Source of the DNA: an uncultured cyanobacterium
GTDB taxonomy: Bacteria; Cyanobacteriota; Cyanobacteriia; Cyanobacteriales; Cyanobacteriaceae
Assembly (NCBI GenBank): GCA_963749915.1
Contig: CAVVOP010000008.1
Span: 672,001 to 736,000, forward strand
Direction of reading: 5' to 3'
DNA length: 64,000 nt
In this document: positions 52,298 to 63,473 of the stretch, one piece after another
How the letters are laid out: every line of letters begins with the position of its first letter
Position numbering within the stretch: position 1 is the first letter of the stretch
Notes under the pieces: generated by a model
The model's input: only the letters and a program-made list of their open reading frames with translations
Told to the model about the DNA's origin: nothing
Databases searched by the model: none
Program-made: the position numbers and the translations under genes

Positions 52298-52686
52298 TTT
52301 CTCCTCTTTAGCAAAATATTTTTCAAGTAAACTCTAGATATAAGTTTTTTAAATGAGTATAATAACCTAAAAATTCCCTTTGTTTTCCTAGTGTAAAGAA
52401 ATATGTATAAAATGGAGTTTTAATGTTATTGAAAAACAGAGGACTGTTAACTCTACAACGAAGAAGGCTTTTAAGTCAAGGAAATTAAGATTAGTTAAGC
52501 TGATAAAATATACAAAAAATAATAATCGAAAATAGTCGAAAAAAAATTATTCTTTGTGTAAAACTTGATCCCCTTCATGATAAGATTGAAACTCGAAAGC
52601 TAAACAGCTTATAATCAACTTCCACCAGAAGAAGTTATTAAAAATAAAGCTATAAAGAAAAATTATATATTTGGAGGAAACGACAA

Positions 52687-54105
52687 ATGGTACAAGCTGG
52701 GTCCAAATCTGGATTTAAAGCTGGTGTACAGGATTACCGCCTGACCTATTACACCCCCGATTACACACCTAAAGATACTGATTTACTTGCCTGTTTCAGA
52801 ATGACTCCTCAACCCGGAGTTCCTCCTGAAGAGTGTGCGGCGGCGGTAGCAGCTGAGTCTTCTACTGGTACTTGGACAACAGTATGGACTGATGGTTTAA
52901 CCGACTTAGATCGTTATAAAGGTCGTTGTTATAATGTTGAACCCGTTTCCGGGGAAGATAATCAATATTTCGTTTTCGTTGCCTATCCTTTGGACTTATT
53001 TGAAGAAGGTTCTATCACCAACGTCTTAACCTCTTTGGTTGGTAACGTATTTGGATTCAAAGCATTACGTGCACTACGTTTAGAAGATATCCGTTTCCCT
53101 GTTGCTTTAATCAAAACCTACCAAGGTCCTCCTCACGGTATCACCGTTGAGCGTGACTTATTGAACAAATACGGTCGTCCTCTCTTAGGTTGTACCATTA
53201 AACCCAAATTAGGTTTATCTGCGAAAAACTACGGTCGTGCAGTTTATGAGTGTCTTCGTGGTGGTTTAGACTTCACCAAAGATGATGAAAACATCAACTC
53301 TCAGCCCTTCATGCGTTGGCGCGATCGCTTCTTATTCGTTCAAGAAGCAATTGAAAAAGCACAAGCTGAAACCAATGAAATCAAAGGTCACTACTTGAAC
53401 GTGACCGCAGGTACTTGTGAAGAAATGATGAAACGTGCTGAGTTCGCTAAAGAAATCGGTACTCCTATCATTATGCATGACTTCTTTACTGGTGGTTTCA
53501 CTGCTAATACCTCCTTAGCAAGATGGTGTCGTGAGAATGGTTTATTACTCCATATTCACCGTGCAATGCACGCAGTAGTTGACCGTCAGAAAAATCATGG
53601 TATCCACTTCCGTGTTTTAGCTAAGTGTCTCCGTCTGTCTGGTGGTGATCACTTGCACTCTGGTACAGTCGTCGGTAAATTAGAGGGCGATCGTGCGGTA
53701 ACTTTAGGTTTCGTTGACTTAATGCGTGAAGACTATGTAGAAGAAGATCGTGCTCGTGGTGTCTTCTTTACCCAGGATTATGCTTCTCTACCCGGTGTAA
53801 TGCCCGTAGCTTCTGGTGGTATTCATGTATGGCATATGCCGGCATTGGTTGAAATCTTCGGTGATGATTCTTGTTTACAATTCGGTGGTGGTACTTTAGG
53901 TCACCCTTGGGGTAACGCACCTGGTGCAACCGCTAACCGTGTAGCTTTAGAGGCCTGTATTCAAGCTCGTAACGAAGGTCGTTCTTTAGCCCGTGAAGGC
54001 AATGATATCATCCGTGAGGCTTGTCGTTGGAGTCCAGAATTAGCAGCGGCTTGTGAACTTTGGAAAGAAATCAAGTTCGAGTTTGACACCGTTGATACTC
54101 TCTAA
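52687..54105 (+). CDS. rbcL: RuBisCO large subunit, form IB
   Basis: [11 protein letters not shown] active site; full length. Confidence 0.99.
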   Translation: MVQAGSKSGFKAGVQDYRLTYYTPDYTPKDTDLLACFRMTPQPGVPPEECAAAVAAESSTGTWTTVWTDGLTDLDRYKGRCYNVEPVSGEDNQYFVFVAYPLDLFEEGSITNVLTSLVGNVFGFKALRALRLEDIRFPVALIKTYQGPPHGITVERDLLNKYGRPLLGCTIKPKLGLSAKNYGRAVYECLRGGLDFTKDDENINSQPFMRWRDRFLFVQEAIEKAQAETNEIKGHYLNVTAGTCEEMMKRAEFAKEIGTPIIMHDFFTGGFTANTSLARWCRENGLLLHIHRAMHAVVDRQKNHGIHFRVLAKCLRLSGGDHLHSGTVVGKLEGDRAVTLGFVDLMREDYVEEDRARGVFFTQDYASLPGVMPVASGGIHVWHMPALVEIFGDDSCLQFGGGTLGHPWGNAPGATANRVALEACIQARNEGRSLAREGNDIIREACRWSPELAAACELWKEIKFEFDTVDTL

Positions 54106-54270
54106 ATTTCAGTTATGGTCAGTAATCATTAACTCAGAAAAATAAGTAGCAATAGTCATCAATGAACAAAAATCCCTAGGATAAAGAGAATAATAAAGTC
54201 ATTGATTAAGCAATTTTACTTATTATCGAAATTCTGATAACTGACAACTGATTATCCCCCACTGAAATTT

Positions 54271-54690
54271 ATGGCTTATAAACAAGTCGTCAAGGATACG
54301 GCAAAAGTTCTGCAAAGTTATCTCACTTATCAGGCCGTAAGAATTATCATTGAACAACTCTCGGAAACTAATCCCGGACAAGCGATTTGGCTTAGTGACT
54401 ATAGCGATCGCCAAAAAGTCCAAGATAGTGATAACTATATCAGTGATTTGATGAAGGAAAACAAGGAGTTAGTATTGCGGATTCTTACGGTCAGGCAGGA
54501 TTTAGCAGAGCAAGTATTAGAGTTTTTGCCTGAAATGGTAAAGACAAATATAGATCAATCTAATATGGAACATCGTCGTCATCTTTTAGAACGTTTAACC
54601 CAAACTCAATCTTCTAGTCTAATATCATCTCCTGGGGATGAAGAAAACCTAGAAATAGAATCTAATCAATCAGAAAACAAGGAAGAATAA
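54271..54690 (+). CDS. rbcX: RuBisCO chaperone RbcX
   Basis: KDTAKVLQSYLTYQAVR; lies between rbcL and rbcS. Confidence 0.96.
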   Translation: MAYKQVVKDTAKVLQSYLTYQAVRIIIEQLSETNPGQAIWLSDYSDRQKVQDSDNYISDLMKENKELVLRILTVRQDLAEQVLEFLPEMVKTNIDQSNMEHRRHLLERLTQTQSSSLISSPGDEENLEIESNQSENKEE

Positions 54691-54693
54691 AAG

Positions 54694-55029
54694 ATGCAAA
54701 CTTTACCTAAAGAGCGCCGTTACGAAACTCTGTCTTATTTACCCCCTTTAACAGATCAACAAATTGTTAAACAAGTTCAGTACTTATTAGATCAAGGATT
54801 TATTCCTGCGGTAGAATTTGAAAAAGACCCTTTACCGACTGATCACCACTGGACTTTGTGGAAACTACCTTTATTTAATGCTTATTCTGCCCAAGAAGTA
54901 TTAAACGAAGTGCGGGAGTGTAAAGGACAATATTCTGACTGTTATATCAGAGTTATTGGTTTTGACAACCTCAGACAGTGTCAAACCGTTAGTTTTATCG
55001 TACACAAACCCAACGCAACTCGTTTTTAA
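54694..55029 (+). CDS. rbcS: RuBisCO small subunit
   Basis: [32 protein letters not shown]. Confidence 0.98.
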   Translation: MQTLPKERRYETLSYLPPLTDQQIVKQVQYLLDQGFIPAVEFEKDPLPTDHHWTLWKLPLFNAYSAQEVLNEVRECKGQYSDCYIRVIGFDNLRQCQTVSFIVHKPNATRF

Positions 55030-55058
55030 GATTAATCATTAAATCTTAAATCAATCAC

Positions 55059-55088
55059 AGGGTGGACTTTATTGTCTGCCCTATTTTT
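55059..55088 (+). terminator. Terminator after rbcS
   Basis: AGGGTGGAC/GTCTGCCCT stem (with G-U pairs) followed by a T-rich tail. Confidence 0.55.
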
Positions 55089-55137
55089 ATTTTAACTTTG
55101 GGATTTTATTCTCGTTATTAAATCGCGAACGGATAAA

Positions 55138-55188
55138 AGCTTAATTGACCATCTCAAACAAATACCTGATTCTCGAGATGCTCATGGT
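55138..55188 (+). pseudogene. ISAs1-type transposase N-terminal fragment
   Basis: SLIDHLKQIPDSRDAHG. Confidence 0.45.
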
Positions 55189-55229
55189 TTTTTCATTGTG
55201 ACGATGCAAACAGATTCTTCACCTGTAAG

Positions 55230-56241
55230 TTTTTAAGTCCAGAACAAGAAACTAATAAAAATATAAAAAAATCTTTACAGCGTATCAAAAGTTTAGGTAT
55301 AAAAACTGTTTATCCTTTTTTGTTAAATTGTTATGATGATTGCCAAGAAGAACGGATTGCAGAACTAGATTTTATAAATATTTGCAAAATAATTGAGAAT
55401 TATATTTTAAGACGTTTTATTTGTAATATTCCATATAAAACTTATTTTACAAACTCAAAATTATCCTGAAGATAGTGACTTTAAAGAGAAAATAAAAGAA
55501 GTTAAACTTTATGGTAGTAATCGGACACAAAAAGCTAAAATGATTTTGGAATCAATGGAAGAATCTTTTGGTCATAAAGAACAGGTATCTCTAAGAGATT
55601 TAAGCATAGAACATATTCTGCCTCAAAAATTAAATGATTGGTGGAAATCTCACTTAGGAGAAGATTGGGAAATAACTCACGAATTATTATTACATTCTTT
55701 AGGCAATTTAACTTTAACTGGTTATAATTCAGAACTTTCTAATGACACATTTATTGATAAGCAAAAAGAATTGGATAAAAGCAATTTAGAGCTTAATAAA
55801 TATTTTGTTCGTGTCTCAACATGGAAAAAAGAAGATATAGAAAAAAGAGCAGAAATATTATCAGATATTTGTTTACAAATTTGGAGCTATTTTGGAGATC
55901 CTAATATTAAAAATATCAAAGAAAAAAAAGTAAAAGGATCTCGTCCTAAGAATTTAATAGTTTGTGGAGAAGAATATAATGTTAAAAGTTGGCGAGATGT
56001 TTTAGAAAGAACCTTAAATGTTATTGCTGATTTAGAACCAGAAAAATTTGATGAAATGATTGAATTATTTCCTCGTTTCTTAGCCAAAGATTCTAAAAAT
56101 TTAAGAGATACTCGTCAACTAAATAATGGCATTTTTGTCGAGGTCAATTTATCATCTAAATATATTTATTCGTTTTGTCAAAAAGTAATAGAAACTTGTG
56201 AATTATCAAGTGAAGATTGGCAAGTAGAAACAGTTGAATAA
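55230..56241 (+). pseudogene. 5'-truncated, frameshifted GmrSD-like restriction gene (DUF1524 HNH part)
   Basis: ORF 55540-56241 has SIEHILPQ and SLGNLTLTGYNSELSN. Upstream broken frames read TVYPFLLNCY and IIENYILRRFICNIP. No DUF262 N-terminus is present. Confidence 0.75.
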
Positions 56242-56454
56242 CCGATGTTATTGTAAACAAGCCAAAAAACTCTTATTAAGCGTAGGATCTTGTCCCAGGG
56301 GAAAAAGTGTTAACTGAGCTAGACTCTTGCCAGCCTTGGCTCTGAACGACACCACAAGGAAGGAAAGTAGACAAGGAGGGAATACCGTATAAGTAATATT
56401 CGGCTTACCTGTATTATAATGATCCTTGAAAAGACTATTTTTCGTCAAAATTTT

Positions 56455-56518
56455 TTCCGAATTCCGAATTCCGAATTACCCTTATCGATAACCTTTGTAA
56501 AAAACCTACCCTTGTCAG
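56455..56518. repeat. Right end of the 11345-type MITE with TTCCGAA heptamers
   Basis: AAAAACCTACCCTTGTCAG (56500-56518) is the exact reverse complement of the left TIR at 11345. Confidence 0.75.
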
Positions 56519-56557
56519 CCTTCCCCCCGTCAAAAGCTCTTAATTGTTGATGATCAA

Positions 56558-58099
56558 TTATTTCATAGGTGCAGTGAGGGCTTCTTCTAAATCGGCACAG
56601 CCTAGCTTTTGTTCAAGGAGATTAAAGACTTCCCTACCAAAATCTAAGGGGTTTTGTTGCCATGCTTGTAAACACACTTCGCCGAAAAATGAGCCTAATG
56701 GTTCCGGATTCCACAGTAGTTTTTTCGCAGTCCAAGGCATCATACTCATGGGATTATAACCTTTTTTCAAAATATTTTTGTCTAAGGCATATTCCTCTAA
56801 GTGGGTATGGGGTTGTAAACCGATGAAAAAGATCGCTGGTTCAACTTTATCAGCCCCGAAAATATCTTCTAACTGCCGATGATAGGCGATGGTTTGCCGA
56901 ATAGTATCAAAGGTTTCGTCAATGACGTTAAAGGAGTAGTTGACGGAGACAACATCCTTAAATCCAGCATTTTTGAGATCTCGACAATTTTGTAAAACAG
57001 TTCGCAAGTTATAACCCATCCGCATTTTACGCACTAATTTCTGTGAACCACTTGTAATGCCAATTTCAAAATAATTCATTCCTGTTTCTACCATCAAATC
57101 ACATAATTCAGGATTGAGGTTGTCTGCACGGATATAAGCGGCCCAGTGTATATCTTTCATCCCGGAAGCGGCAACTTTTTTCAATAACTCAATGGCATCA
57201 TTGATGTACATTCGGGCAGGAATGAATTGGGCATCGGTAAACCAAAAATTACGAATACCTCGATCGTATAGTTGACGCATTTCTGCTACTACTTCATCAG
57301 CCGGATTAATTCTAACTTGTTTACCTTCTACAACGGTATAAACGCAATAACAACAATTATGAGGACAACCGCGCTTAGTCTGTACCCCGAGATAAAAGTC
57401 ATTTTCTTGAAAATAGTAGTCAAATTCTGTCCAAATACTGGCTATATAATCATAATTACAGGCGGTTTTTTCCAAGGGTGACGGTTGTTCATGAATTAAG
57501 CCTTCTCTGGGTTCGTTTCCTCCGACCACATAACAACGCTCATTGGTAAAATCTTGATTAGTGAGAATTTTTTCCATCAAGGTTTCCCCCTCCCCTACGG
57601 ACACGATGGAATTATTGGGTAATTGAGTCTTTAACTGTTCATAAAAGACACTTACTGCACCTCCTCCTACCATGACTTTAACGTCTGAATTGTATTTACT
57701 CGCTTGTTTTAAGCCTTTTTTAATTAACCCTGAATTGCGCCACAATTCCCCATAATAAGCACTGGCAACCTTGAAACCGCCCAAGGCACCTCTCAATCTA
57801 ATTAATGGGTTTTTGGCATAATAAAATTCAAAGGCATTTTGTAACGGGTTGCCACCCCTACCGCCAACGGGGGCGTAAATTTGAATATCTCGCCAAGAAT
57901 ATACCATCATTGTAGGCCGAAATTCATCGATACATTTAATTAGTGCTTTATCGAAGTCTATGGGTGGTACTGTGCCTAGATCAAGGATTTTTTGTTCTAC
58001 ATCGGGGAATAGTTTATGTACATGATCTGCTAAATAAACGACACCGATGGGAAAAATGGGGTTACAAGGAAGTCTAACGTATAATATTTTTTGTGCCAT
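56558..58099 (-). CDS. B12-binding-like radical SAM protein (photosystem II high-light acclimation family)
   Basis: KILYVRLPCNPIFPIG start; CPHNCCYC motif. Confidence 0.88.
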   Translation of the reverse strand: MAQKILYVRLPCNPIFPIGVVYLADHVHKLFPDVEQKILDLGTVPPIDFDKALIKCIDEFRPTMMVYSWRDIQIYAPVGGRGGNPLQNAFEFYYAKNPLIRLRGALGGFKVASAYYGELWRNSGLIKKGLKQASKYNSDVKVMVGGGAVSVFYEQLKTQLPNNSIVSVGEGETLMEKILTNQDFTNERCYVVGGNEPREGLIHEQPSPLEKTACNYDYIASIWTEFDYYFQENDFYLGVQTKRGCPHNCCYCVYTVVEGKQVRINPADEVVAEMRQLYDRGIRNFWFTDAQFIPARMYINDAIELLKKVAASGMKDIHWAAYIRADNLNPELCDLMVETGMNYFEIGITSGSQKLVRKMRMGYNLRTVLQNCRDLKNAGFKDVVSVNYSFNVIDETFDTIRQTIAYHRQLEDIFGADKVEPAIFFIGLQPHTHLEEYALDKNILKKGYNPMSMMPWTAKKLLWNPEPLGSFFGEVCLQAWQQNPLDFGREVFNLLEQKLGCADLEEALTAPMK

Positions 58100-58323
58100 A
58101 ATTTTTTAGAATTGCTTAATTAAATGAGAATTTGCACTTCAGATCAATGCCTTTTTTCTCACCATCTTAATATATTTTAACAATTGACGAGGGTCTTTTG
58201 CCCCCAGTCCCAATTTTGGCGGGGTCAAGATTAAAAAGTCCCCAGTTTTGGAAATTTAGGGCATTAGTTAATTGCTAATTGTTAATTTTTTGTTATAATT
58301 TGAGGTTATGTTGTTTCATTAGG

Positions 58324-59598
58324 ATGATTCTGGTCTTGGCACAGGTTATTATTGACAATGTCTACAAAACCTATATTTCGTCTGCCAGCAAGTTTTCCCC
58401 TCCCCTATCCTTGGGAGTAGGAGTAGTGCCGAATCCTCCTGATGTTGAGCTAAATTCCTCTGGTTCTACCCATGTATTGAAGGGTATTAATCTTGAAATT
58501 CAAGAGGGGGAATTTATGGTGTTGGTAGGTCCTTCCGGATGTGGTAAAAGTACCCTATTGCGTTTAATTGCGGGATTGGAAGAAATTACTGCTGGAAAAA
58601 TTTTAATTGGCGATCGCATTGTGAACGATTTACCCCCGAAGGCGAGGGATATAGCGATGGTGTTTCAGAACTATGCCCTTTATCCTCATCTCAGTGTGTA
58701 TGCTAACATAGCCTTTGGTTTACGACGGATGAACCGACAAATAACCTCGACACCGTTAGATAAAATTTTGACCACTGCTACGGCGAAATTACCCTCTCAG
58801 TGGCGCTATCTTTCCGCCAGTGAAAAAGACATTAACAAGAAAGTGACACAAGTTGCTCAAATGTTGCAAATAGATCACCTATTGGAACGTTTCCCAAAAC
58901 AATTATCTGGGGGACAAAAACAAAGGGTTGCCTTAGGAAGGGCCATCGCTCGTAACCCCCATGTATTTTTAATGGATGAACCTTTGTCGAATTTAGATGC
59001 TAAACTGAGAACAGAAACACGAGGACAGATTGTTAAGCTACAAAAACAACTGGGGGTAACAACTATTTATGTTACCCATGATCAAACAGAAGCGATGACC
59101 ATGGGCGATCGCATTGCTATCATGAATCAAGGAGAAATACAACAGCTAGCTACCCCTTTACAGATATATTCTCAACCCGTTAACAAATTTATAGCGCAAT
59201 TCATTGGTAGTCCGCCCATGAATTTTATGGAAGTGAACTATCAAAAACCAGATTTAATCATCCATTCTCATTTTAAAGTGCTTTTACCGACAAAATGGCA
59301 ACAGGTTTTTCAAGGATATAATTATGAAAAAATTTGGTTAGGAATTAGACCAGAATATTTTAATATAGCTGAACCATCATCATCGGCAATTCCCGTAATA
59401 GTTAACCTAGTGGAAGTATTAGGAAATGAGTCTATTTTAACAGTTAATTTAGAGGAAAATAATGAGCAAAATTTGCAAGTAAAACTATTCACTGATGAGG
59501 TAATTAAAATAGGACAAAAATTGAATTTAGGGATCAACTTAAACAAGGTTAGCTTTTTTGACTATTATCAAGAGAAGAATATTAACTTAATGAATTAG
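58324..59598 (+). CDS. Sugar ABC transporter ATP-binding protein (MalK/UgpC-like)
   Basis: GPSGCGKS, LSGGQKQR, LMDEPLSNLD, C-terminal TOBE domain. Start uncertain. Confidence 0.9.
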   Translation: MILVLAQVIIDNVYKTYISSASKFSPPLSLGVGVVPNPPDVELNSSGSTHVLKGINLEIQEGEFMVLVGPSGCGKSTLLRLIAGLEEITAGKILIGDRIVNDLPPKARDIAMVFQNYALYPHLSVYANIAFGLRRMNRQITSTPLDKILTTATAKLPSQWRYLSASEKDINKKVTQVAQMLQIDHLLERFPKQLSGGQKQRVALGRAIARNPHVFLMDEPLSNLDAKLRTETRGQIVKLQKQLGVTTIYVTHDQTEAMTMGDRIAIMNQGEIQQLATPLQIYSQPVNKFIAQFIGSPPMNFMEVNYQKPDLIIHSHFKVLLPTKWQQVFQGYNYEKIWLGIRPEYFNIAEPSSSAIPVIVNLVEVLGNESILTVNLEENNEQNLQVKLFTDEVIKIGQKLNLGINLNKVSFFDYYQEKNINLMN

Positions 59599-59624
59599 AG
59601 AACATTAAAATTATTTATACAACT

Positions 59625-61154
59625 ATGATTAAAACCTTTTTTTTTCGAGAACCAATAGATAGGATTTGTTTTACAATTACTGCTATTCTCAGTTTTATCA
59701 TAGTTGTTTTTGTTGGTGGGAGTAAAATTTGCCATGAGAATGAATGTCTTTTCAGAACGCAACCCCACGTGGAAGAATTTAGTTGGCAAAATCAAAAAAT
59801 AAGTGCTCAAGATCAGGGTTTTTCTTTGACCTTTGATCGTCCCATGTCCCATGAAACTGTTGAAGATAACTTAGAAATTGAACCACCATTGGACGGAAAA
59901 ATTAGTTGGTCAGGAAAACGTTTAGTATATACTTTAAATCAAGTTATTCCCTACGGTAAAAATTATCGTTTGTCATTAAAAAATGCTAGAGAACAATTTA
60001 GAGGTAGAGAAAAATTAGGGACAAAAATAGAGCCTTTTGTAGCAGAATTTCAGAGTAGAGATCGCACTTTTGCCTATATTGGCAGTCAAGGAGAGGAAAG
60101 TGGTAGACTGATTTTAAATAATTCCACTAAACAAAATAAAACGATTCTTACTCCTGAACATTTGACGGTGGTAGATTTTAAATTTACACCTGATACAGAA
60201 AAAATTATCTTTTCTACTATTGATGAAAAGAAAAAAAATGATGACTTTAGACAATTGGATATTTATGAAGTCACTACTGGATTATCTAAAGATTTAACGA
60301 CAAAAATACCCGGCCAATTAACATTAGTTTTAGACGGAGAAGAATATCAAAATAATAAGTTCGATTTAGGGGGTAAAAACAGCGATATTATCATTGTTCA
60401 AAGAATTAATAATCATGATCCCAGTGACTTTGATTTGTGGAAAATTGAGCCGGGTAAAATTCCCCAAAGGCTTAATACCAAAGGTGGTGATTTTATTGTT
60501 ACCCCCGACAGACAAGCCATCGCCATTGCCCAAGGAGAAGGAATAGCGATCGTTCCCTTAGAAGATCAAGATAATCACCAACCAATTAATTTTTTACCGA
60601 AATATGGTCAAGTACTAACTTTTTCTGCCGACGGCAATAGTGCCGCTATGATTAATTTTAATAAAGATGATTCAGCATTACGTTATACTCGTTCCTTATT
60701 TTATGTGAATAATCAGGGAGTAGAAAAAGAATTAATTAACATAGAAGGATCGATCATTGATTGTAAATTTAATGGTAATGGAAAACAACTATTTTGTTTA
60801 TTAACGGAATTAATAGAAACCCAAACAGAATTCCAAGAAAAGCCCTATTTTGTTGCCATTGATATTCAATCGGGGGATATAATTCCCTTAGTAGCGTTGC
60901 CCAAATTTCAGGATATGAAAATTAGTATTTCCCCTGATGGATTTGGCATTTTATTTGATCAATTAATCACAGAAAATGATGTTCCTCAAAACTCTTTAAA
61001 AATGAATTTACCTAATGACGATTTACTCACCGACTCTGCCGAATTAATCCTAAGTAGCCAGCTATGGTTATTAACATTACCCTCTAAAGAGTCAACACAA
61101 CCACAACTACAAGAATTACCCATCGCCGGATTTAAACCCCAATGGGGTCCCTAA
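59625..61154 (+). CDS. Membrane-anchored Ig-like plus TolB-like beta-propeller protein
   Basis: N-terminal TM, LTFDRPM Ig-like segment, repeated xSPDG/TPD blades. Confidence 0.7.
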   Translation: MIKTFFFREPIDRICFTITAILSFIIVVFVGGSKICHENECLFRTQPHVEEFSWQNQKISAQDQGFSLTFDRPMSHETVEDNLEIEPPLDGKISWSGKRLVYTLNQVIPYGKNYRLSLKNAREQFRGREKLGTKIEPFVAEFQSRDRTFAYIGSQGEESGRLILNNSTKQNKTILTPEHLTVVDFKFTPDTEKIIFSTIDEKKKNDDFRQLDIYEVTTGLSKDLTTKIPGQLTLVLDGEEYQNNKFDLGGKNSDIIIVQRINNHDPSDFDLWKIEPGKIPQRLNTKGGDFIVTPDRQAIAIAQGEGIAIVPLEDQDNHQPINFLPKYGQVLTFSADGNSAAMINFNKDDSALRYTRSLFYVNNQGVEKELINIEGSIIDCKFNGNGKQLFCLLTELIETQTEFQEKPYFVAIDIQSGDIIPLVALPKFQDMKISISPDGFGILFDQLITENDVPQNSLKMNLPNDDLLTDSAELILSSQLWLLTLPSKESTQPQLQELPIAGFKPQWGP

Positions 61155-61331
61155 TCAATTAATTAATGTGGGTTCGACGAAAATCGTGAGACCAAAAATG
61201 ATGGTAAGATCTATAGTAAAATTAACTAGAAACAATTATTTTTAACCAAAAAGTGGCCCTAAGAAAGTCTAACCTTTCTAGCTTTTAAGATTGACACAAG
61301 TTTTGAATTAGTTTTTGGAGCTATTTACTAT

Positions 61332-63329
61332 ATGCCTGAAGTCAAATTTGGTCGCAAAGATGAACCTTCTGCTCAATTTCGCAAGAGTGAAGACCTCATT
61401 GCTGTTCGTACTAGATCAAGACGCTCTGCTACGGCAGTTCCCGTTCCCACACCCGTTTCTGCGGAATTATCGGGAGGTCAATTAATTCTATCATTTCCTG
61501 AAGCAGGAGTCGAGATTTACCGAGTAACAACGGATAATGGACAAAGATCGATAAACGAACGCAAAATTGCTCTACGCCAATTACCAGATGTTCGTTTTGC
61601 TGGGGGAGTGTTGGTAGATGAACAATCGGGAGAACCTGTTGTCTATACTGAGAATTTGTTTATTAAATTTACAGATCCGACGGATCCTGATGAGTGCAAA
61701 ACTGCTATCAGGGAAGCTGGTCTTACCATTAAAGAAGAGGTAAGCTATGCTACCAATGCCTTCTTTGTGGCTGCTCCCGAAGGCACTGGGGAACAGATAT
61801 TTGAAATTGCATTGTCTTTACTTAATAGAGATGATGTGGAATATTGTCACCCAGAGCTGGTAAGAAAACGTGGATTTCGGGCGATCGCACCTCAACAGTG
61901 GCATCTAAAAACCACCACAGTTAACGGAATTACCATTTCTGCCAGTGCCAACGTAGAAGTTGCTCATCAAATTACCCAAGGAGAAGGCATCACTATTGCT
62001 GTTATTGACGATGGGGTTGACATCGACCACGTTGAGTTTAGCAGTTCGGCGAAAGTAGTTGCTCCCCGAGACGCTACAGAGAATAGTAACGATCCACGTC
62101 CTAAAGATCCCTACTATACAGAAGATCACGGTACAGCTTGTGCAGGAGTAGCCTGTGCTGATGGAAACATAGGAGCTTCAGGAGTTGCTCCCAAAGCAAA
62201 ATTAATGCCCATTCGACTGGCAAGTGGATTAGGTTCTCAGCAAGAGGCAAATGCCTTCCGATGGGCTGCGGATAATGGTGCTGATGTTATTTCTTGTAGT
62301 TGGGGACCGCAAGATGGTAGATGGTATCAACCAAATGATCCCCTACACAATCGCAGTATACCTCTGCCAGCAAGTACCAAATTAGCCATTGATTATGCAA
62401 CTACCCAGGGTCGAGGGGGAAAGGGTTGTGTCGTTTTATTTGCGGCAGGGAATGGCAATGAGAGTGTAGATAACGATGGTTATGCTAGTTACGAGCGGGT
62501 TATAGCTGTAGCAGCTTGTAATGATAAAGGAAAACGGAGTGTTTATAGTGACTTTGGCAATGCAGTGTGGTGTGCCTTTCCCAGCAGCGATTTTGGCTAT
62601 CCACCATTCTCTCACCCCGAGCCATTAACCTCAGGAATTTGGACAACTGACCGTACTGGTAATCCCGGATATAATCGGGGTTTTCTTGGGGATGGTGATG
62701 CTACAGGTGATTATACGAATAGTTTTGGGGGCACTTCAAGCTCGTGTCCTGGTGCCGCGGGAATAGCCGCTCTAGTATTAGCTGTTAATCCTAATCTTCG
62801 CTGGCAGGAGGTGAAAGATGTGTTTAAGCACTCCTGTGACAAAATTGATCCTTCCGGGGGTCAATATGATGCTAATGGCTGGAGCAAGTATTATGGCTAT
62901 GGTCGGCTTAATGCTCAAACGGCCGTAACCTTGGCTCAACCACAATCTCAGAATAACCTTGTTGTTGTCCGTAACTTTAATCAAGTATTGCCGGATTTAC
63001 AAACAGTAAGTGTCCAGTTGGAAGTAGGGGAAACTACTCCTGTCGCTCGTCTTTCTGTGATTGTGGAAATTTTGCATACGTACATTGGGGATTTAATTGT
63101 CTCTCTCATCCCACCGTCAGAACTCGATCTCGACAAGATCATTCTCCATAACCGTAGTGGTGGTGCAACCCATAATTTAAAGAAAACCTTCGATGCTTTA
63201 ACCATACCTGCCCTTGCTAATTTGCAAGGCAAAACAGTTAAGGGCACTTGGGAGTTAGAAGTTCAAGATATGGCGTTTCGAGATGCAGGACAGCTGGTAA
63301 AATTTGGGTTGGAACTATTTTTTGTCTGA
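61332..63329 (+). CDS. S8 (kexin-like) serine peptidase with C-terminal P domain
   Basis: AVIDDG, HGTACAG, AAGN, GTSSSCP, ILHTYIGDL...GTWELEVQD. Confidence 0.92.
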   Translation: MPEVKFGRKDEPSAQFRKSEDLIAVRTRSRRSATAVPVPTPVSAELSGGQLILSFPEAGVEIYRVTTDNGQRSINERKIALRQLPDVRFAGGVLVDEQSGEPVVYTENLFIKFTDPTDPDECKTAIREAGLTIKEEVSYATNAFFVAAPEGTGEQIFEIALSLLNRDDVEYCHPELVRKRGFRAIAPQQWHLKTTTVNGITISASANVEVAHQITQGEGITIAVIDDGVDIDHVEFSSSAKVVAPRDATENSNDPRPKDPYYTEDHGTACAGVACADGNIGASGVAPKAKLMPIRLASGLGSQQEANAFRWAADNGADVISCSWGPQDGRWYQPNDPLHNRSIPLPASTKLAIDYATTQGRGGKGCVVLFAAGNGNESVDNDGYASYERVIAVAACNDKGKRSVYSDFGNAVWCAFPSSDFGYPPFSHPEPLTSGIWTTDRTGNPGYNRGFLGDGDATGDYTNSFGGTSSSCPGAAGIAALVLAVNPNLRWQEVKDVFKHSCDKIDPSGGQYDANGWSKYYGYGRLNAQTAVTLAQPQSQNNLVVVRNFNQVLPDLQTVSVQLEVGETTPVARLSVIVEILHTYIGDLIVSLIPPSELDLDKIILHNRSGGATHNLKKTFDALTIPALANLQGKTVKGTWELEVQDMAFRDAGQLVKFGLELFFV

Positions 63330-63361
63330 TAAATATTTTTTTAACTTAATCATTTAGGGTT

Positions 63362-63418
63362 GACCTGAGTAAGGCTGACCTGAGTAGGGCTTGTCCGATT
63401 GGGGCTGATCTGATTTAG
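63362..63418 (+). pseudogene. Pentapeptide-repeat gene fragment
   Basis: DLSKADLSRACPIGADLI* with 15-bp periodicity. Confidence 0.4.
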
Positions 63419-63473
63419 ATAAAACTACAGTAAATAATGCTCGATTTGGTAGATTAACTATTAACAAAAAATT

